From Camelus ferus (lineage: Eukaryota): 64,000 bases of DNA. The stretch is taken from the NCBI RefSeq assembly GCF_009834535.1, contig NC_045697.1, positions 104,286,001-104,350,000 of the forward strand, in the 5' to 3' direction. Position 1 is the first letter of the stretch. Every line of letters begins with the position of its first letter. Below the pieces are notes generated by a model, which searched no databases, had not been told where the DNA came from, and worked only from the letters and a program-made list of their open reading frames with translations. Of the stretch, positions 49,285-62,605 are shown piece by piece. The position numbers and the translations under genes were made by a program.

Positions 49285-49560
49285 CTGTTCATTCATTTTT
49301 TAAAAAATATTTATCAACAAGCATTTAATGAACCCTTACTTGTTACTTGGCACCATACAATGAGCTAGATGTTGTGAGAATTAGCAAAGAAATAGGAGAT
49401 ACAATGGCTACTCAAAAATAAAGATCAAGAAATTCTTAACTGTATAGTAACAGAGTTCACGGAAGGGAGAGAACATTGTGGGCCATTCTTGGCTGGAAAA
49501 CTTTCCTGTAAGGGGTGGGATTTGAGCAAGACGTGGAATGATGCACAGGATTTCAAGAGA
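49285..49560 (-). mobile_element. L2 3' end fragment
   Basis: TCAACAAGCATTTAATGAACCCTTACT..TGGCACCATA..GCTAGATGTTG and GGATTTGAGCAAGAC. Confidence 0.45.
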
Positions 49561-50384
49561 GAGAAATAAGCTGCATGAGAAAATCTACATAGAAAGACAT
49601 GAACACGCTCAAAATAACTTTAGTCAAATACAGCCAAGAAATGATCTGATCATGTTTGGAGAGGGAAAATCCTACACTTGCAACAAAAGATTTAACCACT
49701 TTTATCCACTGTCTAGAGGCAATCTTTCACTACCTACAGCATTTTATTTATGAGCCAATTTATAACTTAAGACAAATACATGTTTTTAACTTCTGCACAA
49801 TTAATGAAAAGGAATTAATTCTCCTGAGAACATTAGAAAACACAGTCCATCTCACTCAATGACTAGATTAACAGTGGCATGGGGTGCAGCGGTATAATTT
49901 GGGGGCATTTTTAAATTTTTTTGCAATCAGGGAATCTATTACTGCAAATCTAGATCAAGTTGGTTCCTCTGAAAACTAGGACTTGTTTACCATCTATGTT
50001 CTACTAGCTGGAAAGCCTTTGATTATTTGATGAGAGCAGATGCTTTCCTGTGCACTGCAAATTTAACTCTCCAAAACCAAAAAAACAAAAAACCATTGAG
50101 TCTTCATAAAATATTGGCCTTACATTTTGTAAGTGCTGAAAGCCCCTGAAATCTAAGAGAACACAAATATTTCAGCAGAAAAACAGTAATGATTATCTTC
50201 CTGTGGTCACAAGGGAAACTCAGGCCGCCCATGAGGCCAAGGACACACAGAATGTGGTACGATCTCACTGTCTGAGATGTACGTCTGAACAAGCTTTCCT
50301 GATCTCAGAACGAGTCACCAGAGTCTAGAAGCAAAACCGCCATGTTTTACTATTTAAAACACTTAGGTAGAAGGCAGTTGAAAA

Positions 50385-50712
50385 CTACAGACTTCCAATT
50401 ATAAGATGAATAAGTACCTGGGATATAATGTATAGCATGATAAATACAATTAACACTGCTGTATGTTGTATAGGAAAGTTGTTAAGAGTGTAAATCCTGA
50501 GTTCTCATCACAAGAAAAACTTTTTTTTCTACTTCTTTTGTTTCACATGTGTATGAGATGATGGATGTTCACTAGATTGATTGTGGTCATCATTTCATGA
50601 TGTATACAAGTCAAGCCATTATGATGTCCATCTGAAACTTACACAGTACTGTCAATTACATCTCAATAAATTTGAAAAATAAATAAATAAATAAGCAAAC
50701 AAATGAATAAAA
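50385..50712 (+). mobile_element. L1 3' UTR fragment (L1MA-like) with A-rich tail
   Basis: TACAGACTTCCAATTATAAGATGAATAAGT..GGGATATAATGTATAGCATG..GTTCTCATCACAAG..TGTCAATTACATCTCAATAAA. Confidence 0.8.
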
Positions 50713-52509
50713 CATTCAGGTAAAGCCTTTCATGTAACATGGCCATATTTTCTTTCATTCTCCCTAACTCAAGTTCACAAAGGAAATAATCCTTCGGTGA
50801 AAAATTATCAGTTATTAGTAGTTCCATTATGAGTAAGGAAAAGTGATCCAAACATTTTCTGGGTTCATTCACTAGAATGCTAAGTGAAGCTGTTTCTCAA
50901 GATGACCGTCAGTCCTTAAATACATACAGAGAAGAGGTGTCACCCTCAGAGAGCATCTGAGAGGTCTTTATGGGTGAGTCCCAGGATAACCCCAGAGGAG
51001 ATGAATGGTTGAGCTGTATAAACTCCATTTTGCTGACGGGAAAATCAATATGCATAAAATCCTATTATATTGCTCCCCTAGTCTAGCCAATGAGTCCCCA
51101 TCTTCTGGCTCCCCAACAGGGACCATTTTTCAGCCACCAGATCCCATTCAATTAGAGGGATAGTCAGCACTTACAACTTGATGACTCTGATTTCATCCAA
51201 ACACTAAAGTAACCACATGGAGTAATAACATATGAGTGTAAAACCACATCTCCAGGACAAAGCATATTGCAAAAGCTAATTGTAACCTTGGTGAGTGAGT
51301 AAGCCTTTCAAAATTATTCTCAAACATCATTATATGTATGAAAATCAAGTTTGGATTAGCCCTTACCCATTTTAACAAGCAGTTCCATGCCTGTCCTTCC
51401 TAAATGAGTCTACATCAGTGTTTGTTTTGCTTTGGAAACTATCAAAAAATTAAACAGTTTACAAAAACAGATAAATAAGGTAGAAAAATCTGATCAGAAA
51501 GGTGAGAATGGCTCAGAAGCAGCCCTGCTTCTCCCCTCACGACACCTTCCACTGACATTGCCAGATTCTGGAACTGAGTCAGCAACTCAATAAACATTAA
51601 TTTTAGACCAATCTTTTGAGTTTACACATGAAAAAACTGAGGCTCACAGAGTGACCAACAGACACAAGTTAATTACAAAGCAAAAGGAGAAGACAATCTG
51701 ATCCTAAAGCAGTGTTTTATAGCATGGTCCTGTCTTGCCTTCACTAGGTTAAGAGATTCCTGTTATTCAATTATGATGTATGATTCCCAGATTCTCTTGT
51801 CCCCTTCTTCTGGAGTATTAAAAAAAAAAAAGCTGAATTTCAAAAAGCCTAACTCTTGAATTTTTGTATGTTCTAGAAAGAAACACTAGAAGACACTTTC
51901 ATGGCTATTGTAGAGCATAGAATGACTTCATGCAGATATTCACAGCTCAAAATCCCACATTGGTAAATTCAGCTTTCTATGCATTTGTTACTTTTAGTAA
52001 CTTTCAGTTATTTTTAGGGCACTGACAATAGTGGTGCTACAGAGAATTGACCGAAAACAGACATTCTCCCATTCATTGAAAAATACCTAAAAGTTGCTAT
52101 GTATATGAAATTACCACATTTCCATAGTGACTTATTCTAAATAAAATTTAACTGTGATTCACAAGACTTCTACAAGTATAACTGAAATTCACTCCTTATG
52201 TAAATGAAAAGTGGCTGTTCTATAATATTATTTGCACTAACTTAACTTTTAAATTTTCTTACTGAAAAATATAAAATTGAAAACTTTTATACAGTTACAT
52301 ATATTGGAAATTGTAATGTTATTTTCATGTTTATCTTTAGGATGGCCCTTTAAAATGATAAAATGGGAATTCATTTCTACTAAAAACATATTTAACCAAC
52401 ATTTTGCCTATCCAATATAATCCAAATCTCAGAATGAAATAGTCTCTCTATAACTCTAATTTTATTCAACAGAATTTAGAACTGGTAGATTCATACTGGG
52501 CTTTAAGCA

Positions 52510-52830
52510 TTTTTTTTTCTTTGTTAAAGATAACATTTCCCCATTATAGTAAGAGTATATGGTCATTATAGAATATTCAGCAAATAGAAAACAGCATTAG
52601 AAGGAACATTTTAAATTTACTATAATACTAAGACCTAGAGGTAAATACTGGAAACAATGTTTTACTATATTTTAATAATTTTTATTTTCTGCTGCCTCCC
52701 CTCCTTTGGTATTAACGAATCTTTTACTATGTTGTTAGGTATTCTTAGAGAATGTGGTACTGAATCATTGCCTCATAATCTAATTACAAACCATATTTTA
52801 TTTCATCAATTCCTAATGCTGGGTGTTTAA
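52510..52830 (-). mobile_element. Ancient L1 (L1ME-like) 3' fragment
   Basis: ATTATAGTAAGAGTATATGGTCATTATAGAATATTCAGCAAATAGAAAA and CAATTCCTAATGCTGGGTGTTTAAG; weak match. Confidence 0.35.
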
Positions 52831-54775
52831 GGGACTGTCTTCAGAGAGCTATAAAAACCAGTAGGAGGAGTAACGCTACTGCCCCACAGGACACCACCAG
52901 CCCACCTTGAGCCGATCAGGGACAGAGTCACATCTGCATCCTCCCTACCCTCAACCCCAGCAGGTTTAAGAAGATGGGGAGGTCTGCCCACGCCAAGTCA
53001 GATTTTGATGGAGGCAGCTCCACAAGTTCAGCCATCTGATGTTCCATATAGAATGCCAGAGTTTACATGTTTATTTGGCATATTAAGGTGGACACCTGCA
53101 GAGTCTATCATCAACAGTTACTTCCTCTGAAACAGTTAGTGCCTCTGAAAGCCCAAACCTAAGGTTTTGCAAAGGCCTTACCCATGCATGACTCTCTTGG
53201 CCACTATTCATTCCTAGTATTTCCTGAGCAATATATCTCAGTGAAAGCAATTATTATGCAACCAATCCAACAACCACTAGATATCATGCCTGCCCTACTT
53301 TGGGGCAGCAGACACCTTTTATTTTGCTCCCAAGACCATATATGTACTGATTAAAAGCAGGCATGCTTGTTTAGGCCCTGAGAAGGGAGGTGATGAATGG
53401 TATGTCTGAACGTCTTGGTCCCTGGCTTGGTGTCACTGAAACGGCACACTCTTCACTGAAGTCTCTTGATAAGCCTGACAGTGCTGAGCAATTTTTATCA
53501 GCACACTTTATATCAGGGAACCCGAGCTGAAAGTTAGCACGTGGGGTGTTCTGTCAGCACAGAAGGCTTATACCATTAGTAGATCTAAATAGAGTTTAGA
53601 TTGCGGAGCCAAACAAAAATCTAGGTCATGAGTGCATACAAGAAAAGGTTACAATGACTCCAATCTGAATAAATGCTGTTTTGTGGGAACCAAAGAAATT
53701 AATCTTGCAGTCTAGGTAATAAAGGAACACTGACTCGTATATTGATTTACATACATTATTTTTATACTACTTGGGCAGCTTATTCTTTAGGCTATTTGGA
53801 CTAAAGCATTCTGGGAGGGATCTGGGGTATTTCCATGAGCCAAGTAGGGATTTTTTTATATAAGAACAAAAAACAAAGCTTCTCCAGTTTCTCTGGAGAG
53901 CTTATCCCAAGAGACTAACTAAATATTGCAGTGCTGTATAATCTTGAAAATGTAAAACTCTGAAAGAAAAGAAGATGCCCATGAGAATTCTAATTCATGA
54001 GACAAAATCCAAAAATGTTGTTCACAGAAATTTAAACTTTTGATATTTATTTAACACAACATAAAGTTGACCATGACATAGTTTTTACACCATAAAATGA
54101 ATGCAAAATATACTGGAGAAAAAAATCAATATTTCCCTTTAGGGACCATCAAAAGCCATTATATCTTCCAAATATTTACCAAAGTTCAAGGCTAATGGAA
54201 AACATGTATGAAAAGCATTTGATAAATAGATCTGAGTGCTCAATAAAGGAGAAATATAACAAATTTGCCTGGAGTACACTTGATCATGAGAAGAGAGGCT
54301 CTGGACTGTTCCCCAATCCATTTTTTTTTTAAATATGAGAATCAAAGCTGACTAAATTTAGTTCCTTCACTTATTATTGCACATCATATGCTGGAAATGC
54401 CAGTGAGAAAGGGAATTCTTGGAAAATGGAACTATAGGAGAAATTCCTGAAAGAAGAAGAGGAAGGCATGAAACAAGGGAAAAAGAGAAAATATAACTTG
54501 AATAACAATAAATTTAATCATCACTATGTAAATGTGATCATGGGAAAATCTCTAAGGAAGTCATATGATTCCTTCTATTAGAAATACTATCTGCATTTCC
54601 AGGAAAAATGGTGACCTGAGGACAGATAGGTAACTCTCCCATGGAACGTAAAACAGAGAAAAAAGTGGCATCAGTGATAAAAAATAGGGAAGAGTATCAA
54701 GATCATGTCAGAAATGTTAAGGAGGTGTTACTAGAGATGATGTAAAGAGAGCACAGTGGAAGAAGATATGGAGGT

Positions 54776-55273
54776 TGTAGTAGGCAGGGTGACTGTTCCC
54801 CCAAAGACGTCACCTCCTAATACCTGGAATCTGTAAATATGTTATGTTACATGAAAAATGAGAATTCAATTTCCAGGTGGAATTAAGGTTGCTACACAGC
54901 TGATCTTTAGTGAGATTGTCCAGGTGGCTCTAATGTAACCACAGAGGTCCTTCAAAGTGGCAGAGGGAGGCAGAAGAGGAGGTCAGAGTGATGAAGAGTG
55001 AGAAGGGCTTGATGCATCTTTGCTGGCTCTGAGATGAAGGAAGGGGCCACAAGCCAAGGGATGCAGGAGGCCTGGAGAGGCTGGAGAAGGTGAGGGGCTG
55101 TCCCCTACCCAGAGCCTTACAGAAAGGAGTGCAGCCCCGCCAGTGCCTGACGGCGGCCCAGTACGAGGTATGGCAGACTTCTGACCTCCAGAACTGTCAG
55201 AGGATTCATCTGTGTGGTTTGAATCACTAAAGTTGTGGTTCCTTGTTTTTGGCAGCAATAGAAAACAAATTTA
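54776..55273 (+). mobile_element. MaLR solo LTR, MLT1D-like
   Basis: Starts TGTAGTAGGCAG..CCCCCAAAGACGTC; contains GGAATTAAGGTTGCTA and GACTTCTGACCTCCAGAACTGT; ends GCAGCAATAGAAAACAAATTTA. 5-bp flanks GAGGT/GAGGC. Confidence 0.85.
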
Positions 55274-55569
55274 GAGGCCTCTTAAGAAACTAGCATAGAA
55301 ATGGATAGAGGAGAGCCTGAAAACTGTAAAGATGTTTCAAATGCTCCTAATTTCAGGACAAAGCTCTGGTAACAAGAAAGGTCTCAGAAAAGCAGCAGCA
55401 CACAGCTTGCAAAGTCCCTCTGCCCCTGGAATCAGCAGCATTCAAACCAATTGTGATGAAAGGCCCAAAAGCTTGTAGAATGAGCACATCAAAGACTGTA
55501 CATGCTCCGAGGTAACAGACTTTGTGCTGTTTCTTTCGTATCTCCCTTGGTGCCGTACACTGTAGATGG

Positions 55570-57740
55570 CATGGGTAAAGATTTCCATGCTTCTCTAAAC
55601 GTGACTTAGATTGGATCCTTCAACCCCATTTAAAGTTATCACTTCAGCAATTTCTCTTCTTTCCAACATCGTCAACTTTTCTGCTCTCTCTCTCTGGATT
55701 ATTCCCAACAGCATATTCTATGATGTTCCTTGTCAAATCTTTAAACACACACACACCCCAGCTTTCTCTTGCCCCTCATTCCACTTTCCCACTAGCAACT
55801 ACCTTATGTCTTTGCTCTAAAACTTCTTAAAAGAGTCATCTCTACTGCTGTTTCCAATTCCTGTCCTTCCATGTTTTTCAAGGCACTTGTAGCAGGCACT
55901 ATCTTCTGAGAACACCCATGACTACCATGGTGCTAAATGCAATGGTAAGTTCCCGGTCCCCATCTTACTGGCAGCAGCAGCATTTGACCAGCTGTTTTTC
56001 TCTTGGCTCCCAGAGCAACCATCTTGCTTTCCCTTCTGCCTTGTTGAATCCTCCTTGTCAGTCTCCTTTTGGGAGAATTCTCTCTGCCTCGATTTCTTAA
56101 TGGTGGATTAATCTACAGCACACATGTCTCTCCTTTATTTACATTTACTCAGGTGGTTTAATCTAATCGCATGATTTTAAACATTTCTTGGAATCCTTCA
56201 ACTTATATTTCCAGGACTGATTTTTTTTTTCATTTTTCAGTTTTATTATGTAGAACTGTTACAATTTGACTATACATAATCAATATGTTACATGTAAATA
56301 CATATACATAATATACTACTGCACATTTTTAAAAATTTACTTATATGTATGGTTCATTGTTTTTAAGAACACTTATAGCTTTTGCTTTTTAAACTTACAT
56401 AGTTACCAAAGTAAGAAAGTTATAGTGGTTATAACTTTATAGTAGTTATAACTTTATAACTTAGTTATCAAAGGAATAAAGCCAGCCACAAAATAAGAAT
56501 TAATTCAAAACACCCACTATTAACAGCAACATTATTTATAATTTCCAGGACGTGGAAGCATCCTAAGTGCATATCAATAAGTGAACGGATAAAGAAGATG
56601 CAATATATATATGTAATGGAATACAACTCACCCATAAGAAAGAAGGATATTTTGCCATTTGCAGTCCTTCATTCACTTTTTTTTTCACTTCAAAAACTAG
56701 AATTTTATAACTGGCATAAGCATTTCCATTTCATTCAAAACAACAAAATACCTAGAAATAAACTTAACCAAGGAGGTTACCTATATTCTGAAAACTAAAA
56801 CATTGATGAAGGAAATTGAAGGTGATACAAAGAAATGGAAAGACATCTTGTGCCCTAGGACTGAAAGAATCAACATTATCAAAATGGCCATACTACCCAA
56901 AGCAATCTACAGATCCAGTGCAACCCCTGTCAAAATACTCATGACATTTTTCACAGAACTAGAACAAACAATTCAAAAATTAATATTAAACCATAAAAGA
57001 CCTCAAACTGCCAAAGCAATCTTTTGTAGGTCTTCTTTTTTTTTTCTCTTTCTTCTTTTTTTCTCTTTTCTTATGATTTGATCACTAGAGAAGTTCCTTT
57101 AATATTTGTTGTAAAGCTGGTTGGTGGTGTTCCAGAACTGATTTCTATCTTCAACTCTACTCTCATACACAAAGCTGCCTACTTTACATCTTCTCTTGGA
57201 TTTCTAATAGACGTATCACATTCAACATGTACAGAACTCAACGTCCAGTCTTTCCCCTCGAACACACTTTATCCATAGCATACTTCATCTCAGTTAAAGG
57301 CAATCCTATCCTTACAGTTCTTCAAGCCAAAAAATAATAATAATAACTTGGATTCTTTCTTAATAATTTTAATCAAACACCCCACATCCATTCCATTTGT
57401 AAATACTGTTGACTCTCCTTTCAAAATATATTCAGAATCTGAGAACTTATATTATCTCCATAGCTAATCTTCCCAGTCTAAACCATCATCATTTTTCACT
57501 TAAATTACTGCAACAATTTCCTACCAGCTCTCCCCTTCTCCATCCTTCTCCTTTTACTGTCTGCTCTCAACACAGCATCCAGAGTCATTGAATGTCTCTC
57601 AGGACTCTTCATGGCTTCCATTTCACTCAGAGTAAAATCCAAAGTTTTAAAACAGCCTCAAGGCCCCACAGGATCTGCCTAACCTCCGTTACTCCTCTGA
57701 CCTCAAGGTCTGCTACTCTCTCCTTCGTTCACTCCTCATT
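55570..57740 (+). mobile_element. L2 LINE fragment interrupted by a chimeric L1-derived insert
   Basis: AAACTTCTTAAAAGAGTCATCTCTACT and GCAGCATTTGACCAG before the insert; TTGGATTTCTAATAGACGTATCACATTCAACATGT and CACTCAGAGTAAAATCCAAAG after it. Confidence 0.7.
56224..57129 (-). mobile_element. TSD-flanked chimeric retroposed element (HAL1/half-L1-like): ORF1 C-terminus, antisense ORF2 pieces, AATAAA, poly-A
   Basis: TSD TTCCAGGACTGATTT (56209-56223) / TTCCAGAACTGATTT (57130-57144). The minus strand encodes PALQQILKELL* near 57085-57120. Plus-strand ORF2 pieces lie at about 56513-56663 and 56725-57022. Confidence 0.7.
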
Positions 57741-57744
57741 CATC

Positions 57745-57870
57745 AGAAATGTGTCACTTGGCCACAGCTCACTTCAAGGGAGCCTGGGAAACTAAGCCTT
57801 TTAGCTGGGCACATTGCCACCCAACAAAATAGGGAGATGAGAAATTATTAGGGAGGCAGCCAGCAACTTC
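57745..57870 (-). mobile_element. MaLR LTR fragment (old MLT1)
   Basis: TGTGTCACTTGGCCACAGCTCACTTCAAGGGAGCCTGGGAAA..TTTAGCTGGGCACATTGCCACCC. Confidence 0.55.
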
Positions 57871-57884
57871 ATGCACAAATGACT

Positions 57885-58030
57885 ATCTTATTTTTCAAAT
57901 AGTGAAACAAAGCCTCAGAAAAGTTAGATGACTTTCTTAGAAGTAACTTTCCTAGAAAGTAATTTAGCTAGAAAATGGTAAATAGGAATTCAAATTCAGG
58001 TCTGATTCCACATTCCCTTACCCTTCTATT
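57885..58030 (-). mobile_element. MIR SINE fragment
   Basis: TATTTTTCAAATAGTGAAACAAAGCCTCAGAAAAGTTAGATGACTT..AGGAATTCAAATTCAGGTCTGATTCCA. Confidence 0.5.
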
Positions 58031-58806
58031 ACATTAGACAACCTCCCTCATTTATTAGAAGATTACAAATCTCTGGATGATTTTGAGTTGAAAATTTGTT
58101 CTCTCAAACTGCCTTTCCCAAAATAGGCATCTCAAAAATGTTCTTGATGATGATTAAAATTATATTTCCAGACAATGTCCATCATTGATTGTGTTACCTG
58201 TGCTAGAATGGGATTTTATTTTAAACTCATTTTAAGTGTTTAAGCGTTTCTTCTCTCTGTAGCCACTGGAGTAAAGTCTAACAAATATCTTTGTTTTGCA
58301 TTTTAACAATAACTTTAGTTCAGTTATGCTCAATCTAGGTGACACATTCTATTCCTCTATGCAGCTTTTTAAATGACAGATGTCTTCTGATTTTGATCTA
58401 AGCAAGTTAGGGGGGCCTGGGACTAAGCATTAAGAAAAATTCCCTTATTATTTTAATATGAAGCCAAACTTTAAAATTATAGGTTTAATTAGGTAGTCTT
58501 AATAGCTCTAAGCTCTTAAATTCAGAGACTGCAAAGTCTCCTCATGCGATGATAACTACAAAACTCTCCTTCCCCACCTCCCATCACCTCTGTCATTACT
58601 CTACATGCCCCAGCCTCAACGAAGTAAGGCACTATCCTGCCGCTACTGTGAGGTTTCATATCTCCATCATTATAGATATGTAGCTGCTTTGAATGTTTTG
58701 CTCTCCCTACATCCCTTCATCTGACAGTAAACTATTTTTCCCATCAAGACTCATCATATACATCACTGTCTCTGTGGAGAGAGCTCCTTTTTGGCCCCCA
58801 CTGCAC

Positions 58807-59230
58807 TGTTGCAGAGACTGCTGGAGGCCACCAAAGATTGCTGCTCTACTTCCTTGTGAGGGTTACAATGATTTTATTAGAAGTAGTGCCAATTTCCCAG
58901 CTGCCTTGTGTCAAGGTGGAGCCATGTCACTGGTTCTAGCCAATGGAATGTGGACATAAGTGACATATATCATTTCCCGGAAGAAATCTGTGTATCCTCC
59001 ATGAATTCCGCCCTCCACCTACCAGCTGCATGACCCCAGGGTGACCTTAAAGTACAAGGTGTTGGAGACAAAAGGTAGAAGCAGCCCCAGTCTCTGAGTC
59101 ATTGCTTAGTGGAAAGACAGCCCAGGAGAGCTGTTCATTCAAGGTCATCAGCATTGGATTAAAACATAAGAAAGAAATAAATTTTCTTTGTATGAAGCCA
59201 CTAGGATTTGGAGTTCTTTTTGACAGGAGT
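58807..59230 (+). mobile_element. MaLR LTR, MLT1J/I-like
   Basis: TGTTGCAGAGACTGCT..ATTTCCCAGCTGCCTTG..GCCATGTCACTGGTTCTAGCCAATGGAATGTG..AGAAATAAATTTTCTTTGTATGAAGCCACTAGGATTTGGAG. Confidence 0.7.
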
Positions 59231-60115
59231 TCCCTGTCAAATGAACTTTGTCCTCTACTCAATTTAACACCTTCTTACAGAAAGACTTTTATTTAATGTT
59301 TGCCTCCCTTCCTTGTTTGTAAATTACTTGTACTGTAAGTCCTGAGCCCAGCATAGGATAGGCTCTCACTAAAGTTTAGTGAATTGAGTACAATAATGAT
59401 TACTAAAGGATGCTGGTACAGCTAGAGCTATAGTTCAACTCCACAAGACTCTATCTCCTATCTTGGGCATCTATGGTGCCCAAGAGTTCTTTCCTTTAAT
59501 TGATGCAGCTGTCCTAATCCCAACACTCAGGACACCTTGATCTGCAAAACTTCCCCCCCACCAACCAAAAGGACCAAGTTGATTTTTTATCACCTCTACC
59601 CTGTGTATCAGATCTGTAGCTATCAAAATTTGCCTGGACATCATGCTTTTATCTGATGGATCAGTAAATCCATCTACTGAAATTTTACTCCTTCTTTGGT
59701 GAATTCCCAGCAAAATGAGTCCCTGGCACACAGGAATATAGCATGAACATGGCATTTTATTAATATTGCAAGTAGAGAATATTTAGTTCTTAGTGTGTCC
59801 ATTTTCCCTTTTAGATTCTATGCCCCTTTAAGGCAAAAGTCTCTTGTATCTTTGTATCCTTAGCAGCTACTCCATCGATGTGTTTTTTAGTTAAATGGCA
59901 TGGAGCAAATTATGGAGTAGAATTAAATACAAAATTTTCTGATTGCTCTCTAACAAAGAGGCTCTTCTATAGGAAATACTTATAACTCTAATCAGATTGA
60001 ATAGCCATTAAAGTGTAATTGCTTATTTATTTATATTCACAAGTGTATCCCTCCAGAAAAGAGCTAGAGATCACTTTTTGATCAGTAAGAGAACTTCAAT
60101 TTCCTAGGCTATAAA

Positions 60116-60116
<1 letters not shown>

Positions 60117-60146
<30 letters not shown>
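60117..60146. repeat. (TG)15 microsatellite
   Basis: Seen directly. Confidence 0.98.
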
Positions 60147-60147
<1 letters not shown>

Positions 60148-61273
60148 ATGTCTGTGAATGCATATATCTCACTATGTATCTAAGAGATAAAGCTGTGTAT
60201 AGCTTTCTTCATCTTTAAAGAGAGCTAAGCTACTGACTATGGCTTTCCCCAGGCTCAGTCTCAATTGACTTAGCAGCCTATTCCAAAGCCGTGTTCATCT
60301 CTGAACATTATCCACTAAATGAGAAAAAGAGAATAACAGAAAAGTGGAAAAAAAAACATACTAAGCACATTAAAAAATTAACACACCATACTTCCATTAT
60401 GTGCCTGGCAAAATTATACATGTGGTTTTAGAATCTATGAATAGAGTAGGTTTTAATAAAATTGCTTATCATGTTTTTCAACCTATGTGGAAACCATATG
60501 ACAATTTTAGAACCTATAGGTTGTTTTCAAAGCCACACTTCTTGAATAATATTTACTCTTACTGGAAATACTTAGCTTAGGAATCTTTCCTGTATTGCTC
60601 CAAAATTCTTTGCATTCTAGAAAGGCTGGGAGGTCTCAGGAACTATGTCTCCCTCTATGTCCCTCACAAGGTACAAGCTAATTGCCTACTCAATTTAATC
60701 ATGTTGCTTTTCATTATTAAAAATTAAATTACTATGTGAATCTGACATCTTCATCGTCTTTGTTACTGCATTCCTCCCTATGTTCCCGACCTCATAGTCA
60801 TTGCTCAGTTTTGTAACCAAATTAAGAACACGTGTGTCAGACTTAGCTATCAGAAACTGGAACTCTTCTTAACTTTAATCTGCACAACACCCTGGATTTT
60901 TAATGCCATTCATTAAAACCACATTTGGTTCTTTTTATTCTTTACCTCCAAGTTTCAAATAGAAAATCTCTGCCTTCAGAACTCACATTTAGAATGATGA
61001 AGGGAAAAAGTGAGCCCTACATATATTTGCCAAGTCGTCCTGACTTTGGTGCAGCTGAATCAACCTCCCTCTGTCCCAAACCAAGCTTATGAAGAGTCCA
61101 GCCCATATTTCTAGAAAGGATCTGGCTTGAGTTTAGGCTGTCAGATGACTGGGAGATTTCCAGCTGCTTGTCAAGAAAAATTTGTTGAACAATATGTCTG
61201 TGTCATTTATTGTGCCCCAAAGTCAGAGTTATAAGGAAACTTCCTTATTAGGAACAAATCAAAACCCCAAGAT

Positions 61274-61322
61274 TCACAGAGATGGAGAAAGGGCCTCACA
61301 GAGATGGAGAAAGGGCCTCACA
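61274..61322. repeat. 22-bp perfect tandem duplication
   Basis: TCACAGAGATGGAGAAAGGGCC twice, followed by TCACA. Confidence 0.95.
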
Positions 61323-62605
61323 AAGAGGCATATTGCCTTAGCAGATACTTAAGACAACATGTCAGAAATGAAAGATATTGTTTGAGTGTGATGTGGAATC
61401 CCACAGACAATCAAAAGGGCAGCCAAGTCAATACCAGGGGCCTTGGGATCAGGTCCTGGCTCTGGGCCTCAACTACTCATGGACAGATGGGAGGGGCTGC
61501 CAGGCTGTGCCTCAGTTCCTGCCTCTGCAGTTGGAACCCTGGATCATCTAGTGCACTGACTCTCCCATCGCCAACCCTGTCAAATACACAGTGGGGTGTG
61601 GCCATGTCAATAATGCAGAGACCTCAAACCAACCACAAAGCAAATGGAGCAGAATGGAATGGAGCCTCAGAATCTTGACCTTTTATAAATACTCCGGTTG
61701 ATTCCTAATCACAGGAAAGAATGAGAACCACTACTTTGGTGCCAATTCTAACGGCAGGCAGGAATTACAACTGAGGGGACAAAGTCTGAGATTCTGGGAC
61801 TCAGCATCAAGTCCCCCTTCTCGGTTTTCTCACTGCAACTTAGTGCCCCACGTCTGATCAGTGGGTGTTGCCTATACATTACAGGCAACTATAATGGCGA
61901 TACAGTTTCCATCTTGTGTCTTAGTTCAAATAATTGGGATTTTGGTCTTATACCTCCATGATTCCCTGCCTACAACCTGCCTAAAACTAGCCCACCTCAG
62001 AAGATCAGTTCTGTGGCCCCATGATTGGAAATCTGTTCCTGAATTGTTCTGTGGCTTAAGTCTGACTCTCTGATGACTGCCCTCCTGAAATAGAGAATCA
62101 CTGCCCCTGTGTTTTCCTTTGCTATCTGCCACTCACCTGTCAGAATCATCAGCGCCTGGTGTTTTTGCTGCTTCCCCCAAATCGAGACAACTACTTGTTG
62201 CCTATCACCAGAGGCTCCAGATATCATAATCTGGCCCAACTTTTCTTTTCACCTGGCTTTGTGCCCCCAGAACACCATAACTCTAATGCATAGGTTGAGT
62301 TTTTCTCCTTCATTACGCTATTACAGTTACCTGGGTCATGTCTAGCCATGCCTCAAAATAACATAAGACATTTTCTAAGGGAACTTTCAGCTAAAATGTT
62401 CTACAGTGCTTTGACTTAAGGACCCCCAAAACACATGAAGATGGGTAGCAGGAAACACATTTATGCATGAGTGGATTTCTCAAGTTTTCCCGTATTCCTC
62501 CAGGATGGGAGTGAGACAAGGCTACTGGAAATGTAAAGATGAACAAAGAGACAGATGAGTCATACAGGCTGGGACCTCAGAGAGTCATGCTAGGTTGTTA
62601 AAAAG

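Noticed and set aside
52846..52860. TATA box (GCTATAAAAA) as a promoter
   Set aside because: An isolated motif in AT-rich DNA with no supportable downstream exon or CpG island.
61304..61678. 124-aa plus-strand ORF
   Set aside because: It starts within the 22-bp duplication, crosses MIR-like and MER5-like debris, and has no recognisable homology.
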